A stretch of DNA of 64,000 nt from Yuukianura sp. NJ FZ-2021 (taxonomy: Eukaryota): contig CM102284.1 in NCBI GenBank assembly GCA_046563655.1, forward strand, positions 8,990,001-9,054,000, written 5' to 3'. The position numbers and the translations under genes were made by a program. Below, piece after piece: positions 22,796 through 35,900 of the stretch. The stretch's first letter is position 1, and the number at the start of each line of letters is the position of its first letter. The notes below the pieces were generated by a model. The model saw nothing but the letters and a program-made list of their open reading frames with translations, made no database searches and was not told the origin of the DNA.

Positions 22796-25638
22796 ATGAC
22801 TGAACTGATTAAAACGATTATTCAGGAACTGGCTAAAGAGCCCTTCAAAAAGAAATTTACAGTCATTTCATTCGATTCTCTCAAACCAGAAGTTCTCCTT
22901 CAGGTAAAGTCGCAGAACTTACAAAACTATCCATTTTTTTTTTCAGATTTAAACAATTTTGATTCAGTTTTTCTATTTTTCAGATTTTGAACGATGTTCT
23001 GGCTGAAATTGAGCCGTCAAACAAAATTGACATCCGAGAAGAGGCTGTGGAGGACACGGTCATCCGAATTCTAAACATGCTGCGTATTCTAAAATACAAA
23101 CCATCCGAAAATGATCCGTAAAACAGAAAATTCTAAAATCTGAAACTCTGAAATTTTGAATTTTCTAATTAGTTTTCATTTTTCGGATGTACTCCAGTTG
23201 CGGAATCTATTTTTATTGAGAACAAAATCCAAGCTTTCGGACAATTGCCTTTGTCCTTCTTCCACTAACCTAACCTAACCTAACCTAACCTAATTTTCTA
23301 AATTCTAAAATTCTGAATTCTGAAATGCAACTTGAAATTGTTAGGTCCATCCTGCGCTCGGGATTGGTCGATGGGAATCCCAACGTAATTCATCCAGTAC
23401 TTGGTTGGCTTTTGCCAAAAGTCAATGATCTCAAGACTCGGGCTTACTTGGCTCGCTTTTTAGTAAAAGTTGACGTTCCAGAAGACTTTCGAGCAGATTT
23501 GGACGTTGAAGAACTTTACCAACAGTATGAAGAACTCATTGAACAATTCAAAGTGACACACAAACAACTAGAAGCAATGAAAACCAAAGGATTCACGACA
23601 TCCGAAATACGAAAAGACATTCAAGCCATGGAAGCTGAACAGGAAAGTGTTCAGCGGAAAATTGAAAAACTTAAACAGAGGGTAAAATTCATCAAATTAG
23701 ATCCACCGCTTAACCTTTCGAAAGAATTTTCAAAATTTCCAAACCAAATTTCATGATTTTTTCAGACGGAAGGAACAGCCAACACCGAAGTGCTTCTGGA
23801 AGTTGTGCGAAACTATCGCAAGGAACGTGAAAATGCAAAAGAGCTAAGCGATCAGTGCGCTTCGCAGACACAGGGACTGGCAATGGCTGAGCAGCGAATT
23901 CAGCGATTTCAGCGTCAATTGAAAGAAATACGTCAAGCTGGAGTCAGCGCCACTCCAGAAGGAATTTTGCAGCGTCTGGAAGAAGATACAAACGTTACGC
24001 GATTTTTGGTTAACGAAAAATTACCGCGAGAAATCGTCGCTGAAACGAAAAAAGTGGAAATTTATGAAAAAATTTTACAAGAAGCAGTAGATGCCAATGA
24101 TTTGGAAGACAAAGAAGCAGAAGCAAGTCAAAAATTTTGAATTCTTAAAAAAATGTGTTCAAAATTTTGATTTTTTCAAAATTTTGATTTGTAGGTTGAA
24201 CTTTTGAAGAAAGAGGTGAATGAAATGGTGATGAAGAGGATGATGAAAACGGAAGACGACAAATTGGTGATGTTTCGACAGCAGACAGCGATTGTCGCCA
24301 ACAAAAAAAGTTCTCTTTTAGAGAAAATCCGTGAAGTGCGTGGTGACCTTGCGAAGGTCAAAGGTCAAGTTGGTGAAAAAAAGGAAGTTGCACAGCGATT
24401 TCGTGGTGATGTGAACATGAAAGAAGAAGATTTCAAAGATTATGTTAAAGCATTGCGTGTCAAGAGCACGAGATACAAACAGATGAAAGTTCATCTGAAT
24501 TACTTGAAAGAAGAAACGGGCGTTTTGTCCAAAACGCTTTACATTCTGGACCAAGATTTGAAATCAAGTGAACTGGATTTGGTACAAAAAAAAAGTTTGA
24601 ATTCGATTTTTTTTTGCAAAAATGAACTCGACTGCCATACAGCATGAAGAACGATAAGATCATCTGTAAATCTTGAATTCAGAATTATTTTTCGAAATTT
24701 TGAAATTTTTTTAGACAGCTACTGAAGCCCGACTAGGAATTCCAGGTTACTTGGACATGACGGACAATTTGGAAAAAGTTTCAAATCAAAAAACGAATTT
24801 GGATGAAACCAAATCCAAAAATTTGCAAGAAATGTCCCAAGCTGTACAAGATTTACATGACAAAATTGCTATCAAGAAAATAGACTTGGCTCCACTTGTC
24901 AAAAGTACGAAATCATGAAATTCCAAAAATTTTGAGTTTTTGAAAATTTTGAAAATTTGAATTTCAGGTTTGAACACCAAGCGTCAGTCATTCCAGATCA
25001 TCACGCATGAGTATGAAGGTCGCAAACGTACGTTTGATGGAATCGTTGCTTCAGTGGAAGCTGGACTCAATCGGGTTTTGAAAGTGAGTAAAACATTTTT
25101 TTTTTTGCTAAAAACCAAAATTTCAGCTTTTTGTTTCAAAATTTTAGGAAGTTGAAAATCAGCGAAAGAAGTATGAAGATGAGCAGTTGAAGTACTGCAC
25201 TTTGACGACGGAAATCAATCACAATAGGTTTGATTTGCAACGAATGGAAGAAGAGCTGAAAATGTACACACTTGCAAGGAAATCGGTTCCAATCGGTGCT
25301 GAAGAGAAGAAATCATTCAAGTATTTCAAAATTTCGAAACTTGAAAAAAAAATTATTTGAAACCTTTGTTTTTGAATTTCTATTTTAGGGAAAAACTGCT
25401 TGCGAAAATTAGCGAGCAAGAACGTCAGAGCAAGGCGATGAAAGACGAAGAAAAAGATTTGCAAGTCAAACAACAAGAACGACTGCATCAGGCACAACTC
25501 TGGAAGGACTTGGTCAAGTATGACCTTCGGCATTTCAAAATTTTGAGTTCAAATTTTTCAAAAATTTCTAATTTTTCAAAAATTTTCCCTAGACTTCTGG
25601 ACTGCAAGCATCAAGTGGCTAAAAACCAAAGTGGCTAA
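22796..25638 (+). CDS. IFT81: Intraflagellar transport protein 81
   Basis: [55 protein letters not shown], long coiled coils and C-terminal [13 protein letters not shown]; multi-exon. Confidence 0.93.
23265..23293 (+). repeat. Short (CCTAA)n tract in an IFT81 intron
   Basis: CTAACCTAACCTAACCTAACCTAACCTAA. Confidence 0.85.
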
Positions 25639-26278
25639 ACCCGTGCAACAAATCGGTGGAAATCATGCAGAAACTTGCAGAAGCAGAAAATTTCGCCAAT
25701 TCTTCAAAAATTACACAAAATTACGCGAAAAAATCGCAGAATTTACTAGAATCCGGAACTAAAAAACGAAAGTAGATGAATCACTGAATAAAAATAGTCG
25801 TTTCCTTGTGCAGCACACAAATTTCACTGTATAACGCGCACTGAAAGTGCGTATAATTTCGTTTTATGCCTGTGCGTGTAGTGTGGGTGTTATAAGGCGT
25901 TGGTTTTGCACTACGCCCATGACACGCTTCCCCACTTCCAAGTATTTGACATCATTTCAAAATTTCAAAAACCGAAAAAAAACTGAAAAAAGAGCTTACG
26001 TCTTGTCTAAACATTAAACTCCCAAGTATTTACTTTACCGCGTACCAGGGGCCATAAGGAGTGATGATGACACAAACCGTGTTGCTACCATTCAGCTCCA
26101 AATATGCCAAACTTTTGCCAAAAACTGTGCTAAAAATAGGAATTTCTGCACTAAAAAGTGAAAGTGTAGCTTTAAAGCAGATGTGAACTGTTCAAAAATC
26201 TTTAGTTTTTAGAACAAAGCTGAACAGAAAAGAGTCAGCTTTGTTCAAACAGGATTTTGAAAGTTCGAAAATTCAAAA

Positions 26279-26773
26279 ATGTCTTCCTACAAAACGGAGT
26301 ACACCACACGCAAAGTGCTGTCTGGGCGTCCCGGCCTTTCGACTTCCTATACGTACACAGTAAGACGATTTTGAAAATTCAAGATTCTTTAACATCCAAG
26401 AATTTTAAAAATTTCAAAATTTTGAAAATGTTGAAGGTCAACCTTGCCTAAAACGCTCAATTTTTTGGTGTAGGCTCCATCCCGACAGTACGTTGCCTTG
26501 GATCTGCCTGGACGATCGACTGACGAGAGTTCGTACAGTCGGAGTTACAGTTCAACTGTGAGCAGTAGTACTTCCAGTACTGGTGGAACTGGCCCAGGAA
26601 GTCACACCTATCGAACAGAAAGGACAACGCGAGATACTGGCAGTGGACCACGGTCGTATTCTTACACGACGGAGTCATCTCGAAGCAGCGACGGGCGACC
26701 AGGGTCATACTACTCGTCAGTTTCTTACAAATCTCCTTATGGAAACACTTACAGAAACTTTTCTTACAAGTAA
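26279..26773 (+). CDS. Small Ser/Thr/Tyr/Arg/Gly-rich low-complexity protein (~127 aa, 2 exons)
   Basis: AAAATG start; exon 1 MSSYKTEYTTRKVLSGRPGLSTSYTYT ends at GTAAG (26360); acceptor TAG at 26473 continues in frame into ORF 26498-26773; AATAAA at ~26863. Confidence 0.72.
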
Positions 26774-27057
26774 CAGCTGACAGACGATACTTACGATATC
26801 GATATCGATACCGACGATACATGCGCCCATGTCAAGTCCAACCTTGTAACCCTGTAAACACCAATAAATCAAGAATTCAATTGTTTAGGACATGAATTAA
26901 TGCTTGCAATATTATTTTTAATAATACGAATATTTTGGATTTCGGATACTGCTGAGCTTGGAGTCACGATTAGGTTCCAGTTTTATTTTTACTCCTCGTA
27001 AACTTTATAAACCAATGGAAAAAGAAAGAACTGCTGTCTTTTGTCCAAAAGTTGTGT

Positions 27058-28219
27058 TCATCGGAGGCTCATGCCCGGTGGAGCACCCACGTCACGGTCA
27101 CGACGAGAGTGTCCACTTCCACCATCCGCTGAACTGGGTGCTGCTGAACTGCGGTCCATGAGTGGTGGACTTCCAGATCTAAGTTTGTACCCTCCACCAT
27201 CCTTGGCATCCCGCCCACTCACCCAGTTCAGAACGTCTTTATGATTTCGATACTCCATTTGAACATGCGATGGCAGATTACAAACCTAATTCACACAAAC
27301 GACCAGTCATTGGAAACTCCACATGTCAAGACGTTTCTAAAACGTTAAAAAACGTTTGGTTTTTTAAAGTCTTGAAAAAACTGACCTTGCGCATTCCCTC
27401 CCGTAGTCTTTCAGCAGCTTCTTCATCGGATGACGTCTTGTGCCAAAGCGAGATGCAGTCCTTCTTAGCCCGTAACGACACGCCAGCGCCACAAATCTCG
27501 TCGCCAACGTTAAATTGTTCCCCCAAAACGGCTAAAATTAAGTTCTCCCAACACCTTGCCGCAAGTCCTTTGTTCAGTCGTACGACCCATTGTCCACCGT
27601 TACAGTTTCCCTATAAAAGAGACAAAAGTGCCAATTACTAATTGATGTTGGTTCTTGATTTAAGTAGGTCATCAATGTACAAAAGTTGGTTACTTACACT
27701 GTGTTCCCACATTGGCTTGATTCCATCCTTGAAGATGAAGAAGTCTGAGGGAGAGTGGAGGTCCGACGGACGAACCAAATGTGAGTAAAGTGACCAAAAC
27801 TGTTCCACGGAAGCGAAACGTCCAATTTTCTGGAGTGAGAAGTCGTAGTGCTGGTAATTCGTTTTACCAATGTGCCAGAGACCATAGGTATGCTGAAGTT
27901 TATGATCTGTCGGCGGTACTTCTAGAGGACTCTACACAGAAACAAATCAATTAACAATCTCCACAATCGACTAACTCAATTAACGATCATCTAAAACCCA
28001 CTTTCACTCACTTACCAAATCTTCAGCAGCATCACAATCTTCCTCTTTTATTGCTCCGTGACTCGGACCGGATTTTCTCAAACTGTTAATCAAGAAAAGT
28101 CGTCAACTAATTACTCTCGTCAGTATCGTGTCACATATGTTACGTTATCCATTAGTCCATGGTCCGACCATGGACCATATCAACAGTACCGTTGTAACTT
28201 ACTCATCAGCTACTGCCAT
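27058..28219 (-). CDS. EIF4E2: eIF4E type 2 (4EHP)
   Basis: Spliced translation HKLQHTYGLW...IGRFASVEQFWSLYSHLVRPSDL...FKDGIKPMWE...GGQWVVRLNKGLAARCWENLILAVLGEQFNVGDEICGA; Tyr at the class-II diagnostic positions; 5 coding exons. Confidence 0.93.
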
Positions 28220-29084
28220 TTTCTTCGTGATTGGTGTTGCGGTCGCCGTTTTGACTAACGTTTCGAGTTAATTAATATAATAAAAATATGTTTTCTCGAT
28301 TTATTGCTGGATTTCCGTAAATTATGAGCGAAGAGAGACCTTGCTTGACTTGACTTTTTAAAAAATCAGCTGTTTGGACTTCCTGGAGCAGATGCGGATA
28401 CCTTATGTGGCACAAGTTGTTATAACTTCTTCGATTAATATTCGATTCTCGATTAAGCGTTGAGATCACAATGTGTACAAGATTGAAGTTGACCTGATTT
28501 GACCCGAGCGACTGACGAATCGTTACTCCCAGTTAAAACTGTTGAACAGATGAAGTGTAAATGAAAATACCGTAATAAGTAAATCACTTTTTATAAAACG
28601 TGTTTCTTGTGTACAAAAACCGAGATAAAATTCTTCTGTGCTAAAAAGTTGCAACTTTTTCAAGCAACGCAGCCAACAAATGCAAAACTATACTTTTCAA
28701 TGAGCAATAAAAATTCAGGTTGCATTTCAGTGTGGCGGTTGAGTTAAACGCTTCTTCCACATGTGTATCCATTCTGTGCAGAAAATCTTTCCAAAATCTT
28801 GTAAAAATCGCGATTTTTTGTACCTAAAAAATCGCGATTTTGTAACCTTATCCAATCAATTTAGCCTTAGCTTTACTAATTACCAAAAAAAAGTCAAGAG
28901 CTTGAAATGCCTTTGTTTCAAAAAAGAGTTGCACAAGAATTCTTTGGTTTTCTTTTTCAAAATTAATGACGATAATATCAAAGTTAATGAAGATTTTACA
29001 AATTTTTAGGCTTTTAGATTGAATTAACTTGCAAATCAAGTAGCGACAGGATTAATTAGTGAACTATTAAGCATTCCAGTGAGG

Positions 29085-31827
29085 TTAGTTAGCGCCGGAG
29101 TCTTCTAAAGTGCTAATGGTTGAACTATTGGCATTGAGGAATTCAGTGTACTTCTTCTCCTGGGCCTTGTACAACTTCTCCAGTTTCTTGACCGATGACT
29201 TCGTCAGCACATTTCCAGCAGCATCATGTGTTGGGAACCCCTTCTCATCAAATGCACTGTACTTCTCTCCCTCTCCAGGAATCTTGAACATCTCCGATGG
29301 TGGAATTCGCTTCTGCGCCTCTCTCTCCATTTGGGCTTTGAGTAATTCCTGTTTCTTCTTTTCATTTTGAACACGCAGTTCCTCCTCCATCTTCTCTCGG
29401 AGTTCCCGCTCCTGGACCATCGCTTCTTTACCGACATACTTGACCACTGGAGGACAACCTGCAAGTCATTTCAAAGTATACGGAACAGTATCAATTAGTA
29501 ATTGCGGTGTCAATTAGTTAACGTCTAAAAAGTTAGTCTGACCTTCATGATCTTCCAACCGAACTCCAAGATCAGGCAACTTTTCATCCCGGAGTAAATC
29601 GCATTCCTTCAAAATTGAACTTTTCAGAGAGAGATTTTCAATTGAGCGAGCTGTTGTGCGAACTTTCTCACGAAAGTCAGACAAAACTTCGACGAAAGGC
29701 AAAACAATCTCTTCCGTGTCCACTCCAGCTCCAACTCCTTCTTCCTGTTTCCGAAAACCAAAGGAATCTTCCTCCTGGGAAGAAATTACACCAAAGATTC
29801 TCAGGATTTTCGTGATGAACCTAAAAAGTAATAAAAAAGGTGACATTTTAGCAAATGCTGACAAACTTAGCTTTGTAAATTTTAGCAAGACTTTGTTTTA
29901 TTAACTTACACTGCAGCACTTCTGAGTAAAGGTGCGTTGACTGGCTGTTTCCGACCTTTGTGTGTCTGGACATACACATTGGCTTCACCAATGAGATCCT
30001 TGAGAACAAACATGGCACTTTTCGTGTCAATGTTATCACAGAGAGCAAGATGAACTCCACGCTTGACCAGGGAAAGGCAATTGGAAAACTTGAGGTCATC
30101 TTCTGTCCATTTCGGAAACTTATTGCTTCCTCGCAACGCATCTTTGACATTCAGGAAGAATTCTTGAATTTGTTTCTCCAGTTGAATCGCTGTAAGCATT
30201 CCACTGGGACTGAAACAGAATACATTTCAAAATTCTAAATTTCAAAAATTCAAAAAATAATCTTGTTTTTGAAAATTTTCAGATTTTGTACCTGTAGTCA
30301 AGTGTGTCTTTCCAAGAGTGAAGCAGAAAAGTAAGACGAAGTTGAGTAGCAGTGTACTGCTGCAGAGCATCTTTGATAGTGATGAAATTTTTCAGTGATT
30401 TGGACATTTTGCATCCAGAAATCGTAAGATGTCCGGAATGCAGGAAATATCGAACCCAGGAATCTTTTTCAAAAAATGCTTCACTCTGAGCAATTTCGTT
30501 CTCGTGATGTGGAAACTTCAGGTCCACTCCACCTGAAAAACAATCAGTGATTTGAAACTTATCTGTTTTTAATTAGTTAATCGATTAATTGAGCAACTGA
30601 TGCTGACCAGTATGAATATCCAGGGTTTCTCCAACAATTGCACTTGCCATTGCAGAGCACTCGATGTGCCATCCAGGTCGACCTTTGCCCCAAGGGGAAT
30701 CCCATGACGGCTCTCCAACTTTTGATTTTTTCCATAAAGCAAAATCAGCAGATGATTTCTTCTCGTCTTGTTTGGAATTTGACAGTTCACCTTAAAAACC
30801 AATGAAAGTTAACGATTCTGTTTGGAAATTCAAAAATGAAGTTTCGAATTTCGAAACGTTTCAAAATCGTAAGGTATTTCACCTTCGCCTTCCTGAAGCG
30901 CTTGAACGTTTCCGATCGCTTCAGGAACTAGTTTCCCGTAAGTGTGAAATCCCGCAGCGGTGTATGCAGTAGTGTCAAAGTAGACGGACCCGTTAGAAGC
31001 ATAGGCATAGCCATTGTTGATAATTTGCGTGACAAAGGTCACAATCTCTGGAACATACTCAGTAACACGCGTGAGTACATCCGGAACTTGGATGTTGAGA
31101 GCCGCCATGTCACTAAAGTACTCATCTTCCCACTGCCTTGCGAACTTGACAAATATTTCATTGTCCAACGGTTGCCGCTTCTCGTTCTCTCCGTATTTCT
31201 TGTCCAGCCACTCCAACAGCACGTCTTTCGCCTCTGCAGCAATCTTGTGACGATGGGCAGCAGAATTGTCTGGATCAAGTTGAATTTCAGTTTCAAAGTC
31301 AGCAAGAAACGACTTCAGTCCACTGAGGATCTTCTCTCTCATGGTCTTCTTGTCTGGGTCGGTTGTCTTCAACGTTTCTTGGACGTACAAATCAATTGCT
31401 TCTGTCGTGTGACTGATGATGTTATGAAGGTCCGCATTTCGTTTCAAGTACTCTTCCAGCAAGTACTCCTGTCGACCTCTCTTGATAATTTTGTCGTCGA
31501 TGTCCGTCACATTCATAACGTAGAAAACGTCATAGCCAAAGTACTGGCTGAAGACTCGGCGCAAAATGTCGAATGAAATGTACGACCGAGCATGACCCAT
31601 ATGCGATGCATCGTAGACAGTTGGACCTAAAATGCAAAGAAACGTCTAAACATTTTTGCAACATTTGAGCTGTGTTAATTTAACACTGTTAAACGTTTGA
31701 ATTTTTTGGCCTTACCACAGCTGTACCATGTAACGCGCTGTCCATTTGGATCAAACGGGACAAATGGTTCCAGTTGTCGTGTCAAGCTGTTGTGTAGTCT
31801 CAAACCACGTTTTGGATTTCCAGCCAT
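29085..31827 (-). CDS. CARS1: Cysteine--tRNA ligase, cytoplasmic
   Basis: [27 protein letters not shown] (HIGH motif), [30 protein letters not shown]. Confidence 0.96.
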
Positions 31828-31829
31828 TT

Positions 31830-32929
31830 CGAACTTTTAGGATATTATGACGATGACAAAACGATTAATACTGGCGTTAATTTATTTCCTTGAGTTTCTT
31901 CCTTCTACCCGAATATCTGGAAGCAAAACAAAATATAAAATTCCACACAATCTCAAACTCACTTCACTCCACCAGACATTTAGCAATAAAAATTACTAAT
32001 ATAAGTCAACAGCTGTCGCTCAAAGCTACCTGTCCTGACCTGTCTTGTTCTTCCAGACTGATTACTGTCTACTGCTGACAATCGTCTCTTTTAAACTACT
32101 CTTAATCAGCGAAGCAAAGTGTAACTTACCAATTTAGTTGCAGCAGATTGTTGACCACTTCGTTCTGTTTACGTTTACTTTCACTGTTTCACTTTCAGTT
32201 TCAATTACTTTTACTGCCACTCTTCCAGGAATTTTAATGAAATGAATGACGAAAAGCGAAAGTGTGAATTTTTTACAGTTACAAACCGGAAGAATTCAAA
32301 GAATTTTAATTTAACAGGTGAGTAAGTCACGTGACATTTGCGCAGTGAATTTTAGGTTCGTTCACACTAGCGCCTCATACTAAATGTAGTTAACTTTTAG
32401 AAGGCCTCAGCAGCTTAGTTTATTAATAGTAATTAGTAAATTAATTACTAATTAGCAAAATTTAATTACTGTATTGTAGTTAGTGATAGCAGATTAACAA
32501 CTATTTCATAGCTCAAATCACAGTTAAATTCTTATTGTTTTTAAAAGTCTCAAAGCGGCCGGCCGGCCACGTACTTTAAGCGCGAAATTCAAATTCCATA
32601 TTGTCAACTAATCAAACTAGTAATTTGTTATTTTTTTCTTGAAAACTTCGAACTTGTGGAATTGCGAAAACAAAAACTGATCAGTTGTCAATTTTTTTTT
32701 TCAGTTTAAATTCTACACTAAAAGAAGTTGAAGTCAAAATTTTTTGTGTATTTGGGTCAGGTCAATCAAGGTCACGAGTTAGGATCTCCGTTCGGTGTCA
32801 AAAGAGACAGCTGGAAACTTACGTTTACGAAACCTCCATATTTTACTGTACCCATTGATTATCCTGGGCTGGAGAACTCAATTGGCTCAAATTGTGAAGA
32901 AATCCTGTGAAAACGAACAACAATCAACA
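31830..32929. promoter_or_regulatory. Divergent (head-to-head) promoter region between CARS1 and SCFD1/PPCS
   Basis: Start codons face away from each other ~1.1 kb apart; position-based inference only. Confidence 0.45.
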
Positions 32930-35900
32930 ATGTCGAATTTACGAGAGAAGCAAATTGGTAAATCAATTAGTAAAGTAAATTCTAAGATTAATTGAAGTAG
33001 CTAATAGTCTCGCGCTCTCTTTGGTCGTTTCGTCCGATACTCTCAGAATGTCATTTTAGATGTCTGTCATTGAAACCCCAACCGAAATTATGTTAAAATT
33101 GAACTACCAATTTATTGTTCAGTTAACGCCTTCGAATAATTTAGGTTCTTCAGCAGGCTCTCGTCATCAACTGTCCAGGAAATTGAGCGAAGTGGATCAA
33201 CGCTGGGAAAGTTTCTTCCAAGAAATTCAGGCACCGCAAAACTACGAAACCGACATCGCAAGGCTTCAGCAATTCATCAAATCACTTCCGGCTACAGCCA
33301 AGGTCGTTCTTGTCTCCAGCGGTGGAACGACAGTTCCACTGGAACAATTCACCGTTCGCTTCGTCGATAACTTCAGTTCTGGAACAAGAGGGGCCGCCTC
33401 AGCCGAAGTGTTTCTCGAAAAGGGCTATCATGTCATTTTCCTCTACCGTCACAAGAGCCTGCTTCCCTTCGGCCGCCATATTGGAAATCCTCTGGACATT
33501 CTGGAATTGCACTGCTCCAACTCCTCCGATACTTCCAGCATTCGTGTCAAAAGTTCAGAACTGGCCAATACCAAGCTGATGCTCCAGAAGTACGAGCAGT
33601 TCAAGCCATCATGTCTCCTCATTCCTTATGTCACCCTCGGCGACTACTTGTGGCTGCTCAGAGGAATCTCAGGGGAGTTGGGTCAACTTGGTCCAAGGGT
33701 CATGATGTACTTGGCTGCTGCTGTTTCAGACTTTTACGTTCCAAAGGCTTCTCTTCCGGAACACAAGATCCAGTCCACAGAAGAACCAAGTATCCACTTC
33801 TCTCTGGTTCCCAAGATGCTCAAACCATTGACACATGAGTGGGCTCCAATGGCTTTTATCGTCTCATTTAAACTAGAAACTGACGAGACTTTACTTCTAA
33901 GTAAGGCTACTGGAGCCCTCAAGAAGTACAATCACAACATTGTCATTGGAAATTTACTGACGACCAGGAAGAAGACAGTGACGATGGTGGAGAAAGATGG
34001 GACGGTGACGAAAATTGACAATCCAGATGAATCTCAGGATATAGAAATCCATATTGTACAGGAGCTGATCAAGAAACACGACGATTACATTGGACAAATC
34101 GGTGACAAGCCGACCACTTCCGACTGAAATTCGACATTCGACATCCACTTTCCGCAAAATTTGTCACAAATTTTGTTAGTTTTTAGCACCGCTTTCCCCA
34201 AATTTGTCACAAATTTTTGGCACTTTTGTTAGTTTTTAGCGCCACTTTCCGCAAAAGTCACAAATTTTGTTAGTTTTTAGCAATTAGTAATTGGAAAATA
34301 AATAAAATAAAAATGGTGCTGGGACTTTTTGATTTCTGAGTGGTCGGTCGTGTGTCACTGACACAAAATTGTAAAAGAGAGCGCGAGATTGGTAGGTTAG
34401 TGTTAACTCAATTAATCTAACTAAAAACTAATTAACTTTAATTAATTAATCTAATTAAAAACTAATTAACTTTTGTTTTTATGTTGCAGTTAGCGTCAAG
34501 CAAATGCTGAATCTGAATTCGACTAACCAGAAACACAGCGAGCCGGTTTGGAAAATTCTCGTTTTTGATCGGTTCGGACAAGATGTACTCACAGCCCTGC
34601 TTTCCGTGCATGAACTTAGGCAAACTGGTGTTACCCTGCATGTGTAAGTGTTAATTAACTTGATTAATTAGTTAATTAACTCAAATTAAAGTTAAATTTC
34701 GTTTTTGATGTATTTTCAGCCTCCTGCACTCCGAGAGAGAACATATCCCTGATGTTCCAGCAGTATATTTTTGCATTCCATCTGAAGACAATGTGGATAG
34801 AATTTGTCGTGATTTGCAATCCAGTTTGTACGATAATTACTTTCTCAATTTCATGACTCCTATTCCGAGGCAGCAAATTGAAGATTTAGCATCTGCAGCT
34901 TGGCAATCCAATTCCGGCAATTCTATTCAAAAAGTAAGAAAAAGAAATTTCACAAAATTTTAGAAAATTTTCAAGAATTCATCTTTGTATTCTGATTTTT
35001 GATTGATTCGTTTGTGTTCCTGTAGGTTTACGACCAATACCTCAATTTCATTTCGTTAGAATCCGATTTCTTTGTGCTACGAAATCAAGATGCTGACCAT
35101 ATTTCATTCTACTGTAAGTAAATTTTTGAATTTTGGAATAGAACAATTTACTTACTTTACTAACAAATACTAATCTGTGTTTGTTTCCAGCGCTGAATCG
35201 AGGTCAGGTCAAAGACACCGAGATGGATGCGATGCTGGACAACATAGTTGAAGGTCTATTTTCTGTTTTTGCAACTTTGGGTGTTATTCCGGTCATTCGA
35301 TCCCCAAGGGGGAATGCTGCTCAGCATGTTGCAGAGAAATTGGATAAAAAGATTAGAGACAACACGAGAGATCCCAGGAACTCACTTTTCTCTACAGATC
35401 CAATGGCATCCGGACAGTATACGTGAGAACCACTTTTCAAAATGAGCATGATTTTTAGAAAAATTGAATTTTTCAAGTTTGTTTGAACATTTAGAATTCA
35501 GCGGCCTCTTCTCATAATTTATGACCGTGGTATGGACCTGACCACTCCACTGCACCATACGTGGACATATCAAGCTCTGGCCCATGATGTCCTTGACCTC
35601 CACTTGAACCAAATCAAGTTCACTGACGAAGCTCCTGCGCAGTCAACCAGTCGACATGTCCCGAAGTCCCGAACGCATGACCTGGACGACCGCAAAGACT
35701 TTTTCTGGGCAATGCACCGCGGCAGTCCCTTTCCAACTACGGCGGAAGCGATTCAGGGAGAACTGGAAGAGTACAGGAAGTCAGAAGACGATGTTAAGCG
35801 CCTCAAAGCCACAATGGTAAGTAGTTCAACGTAATATGGTCAAAAACAAATTGGTCAAAAGGTAAGAAGATCAACCACAAGGAAACTTAGGCTAAACAAA

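Noticed and set aside
26457-26822. Antisense ORF MYRRYRYRYRKYR...
   Set aside because: Arises from the GATATC palindromic run and the stop-poor antisense of the plus-strand gene, which has splice sites and AATAAA
30944-31576. 210-aa plus-strand ORF
   Set aside because: Antisense shadow of a CARS1 exon
33008-34388. PPCS captured inside a TIR transposon (arms as TIRs)
   Set aside because: No target-site duplication is visible, and the arms pair with G-U wobbles and bulges as an RNA helix would; not fully excluded
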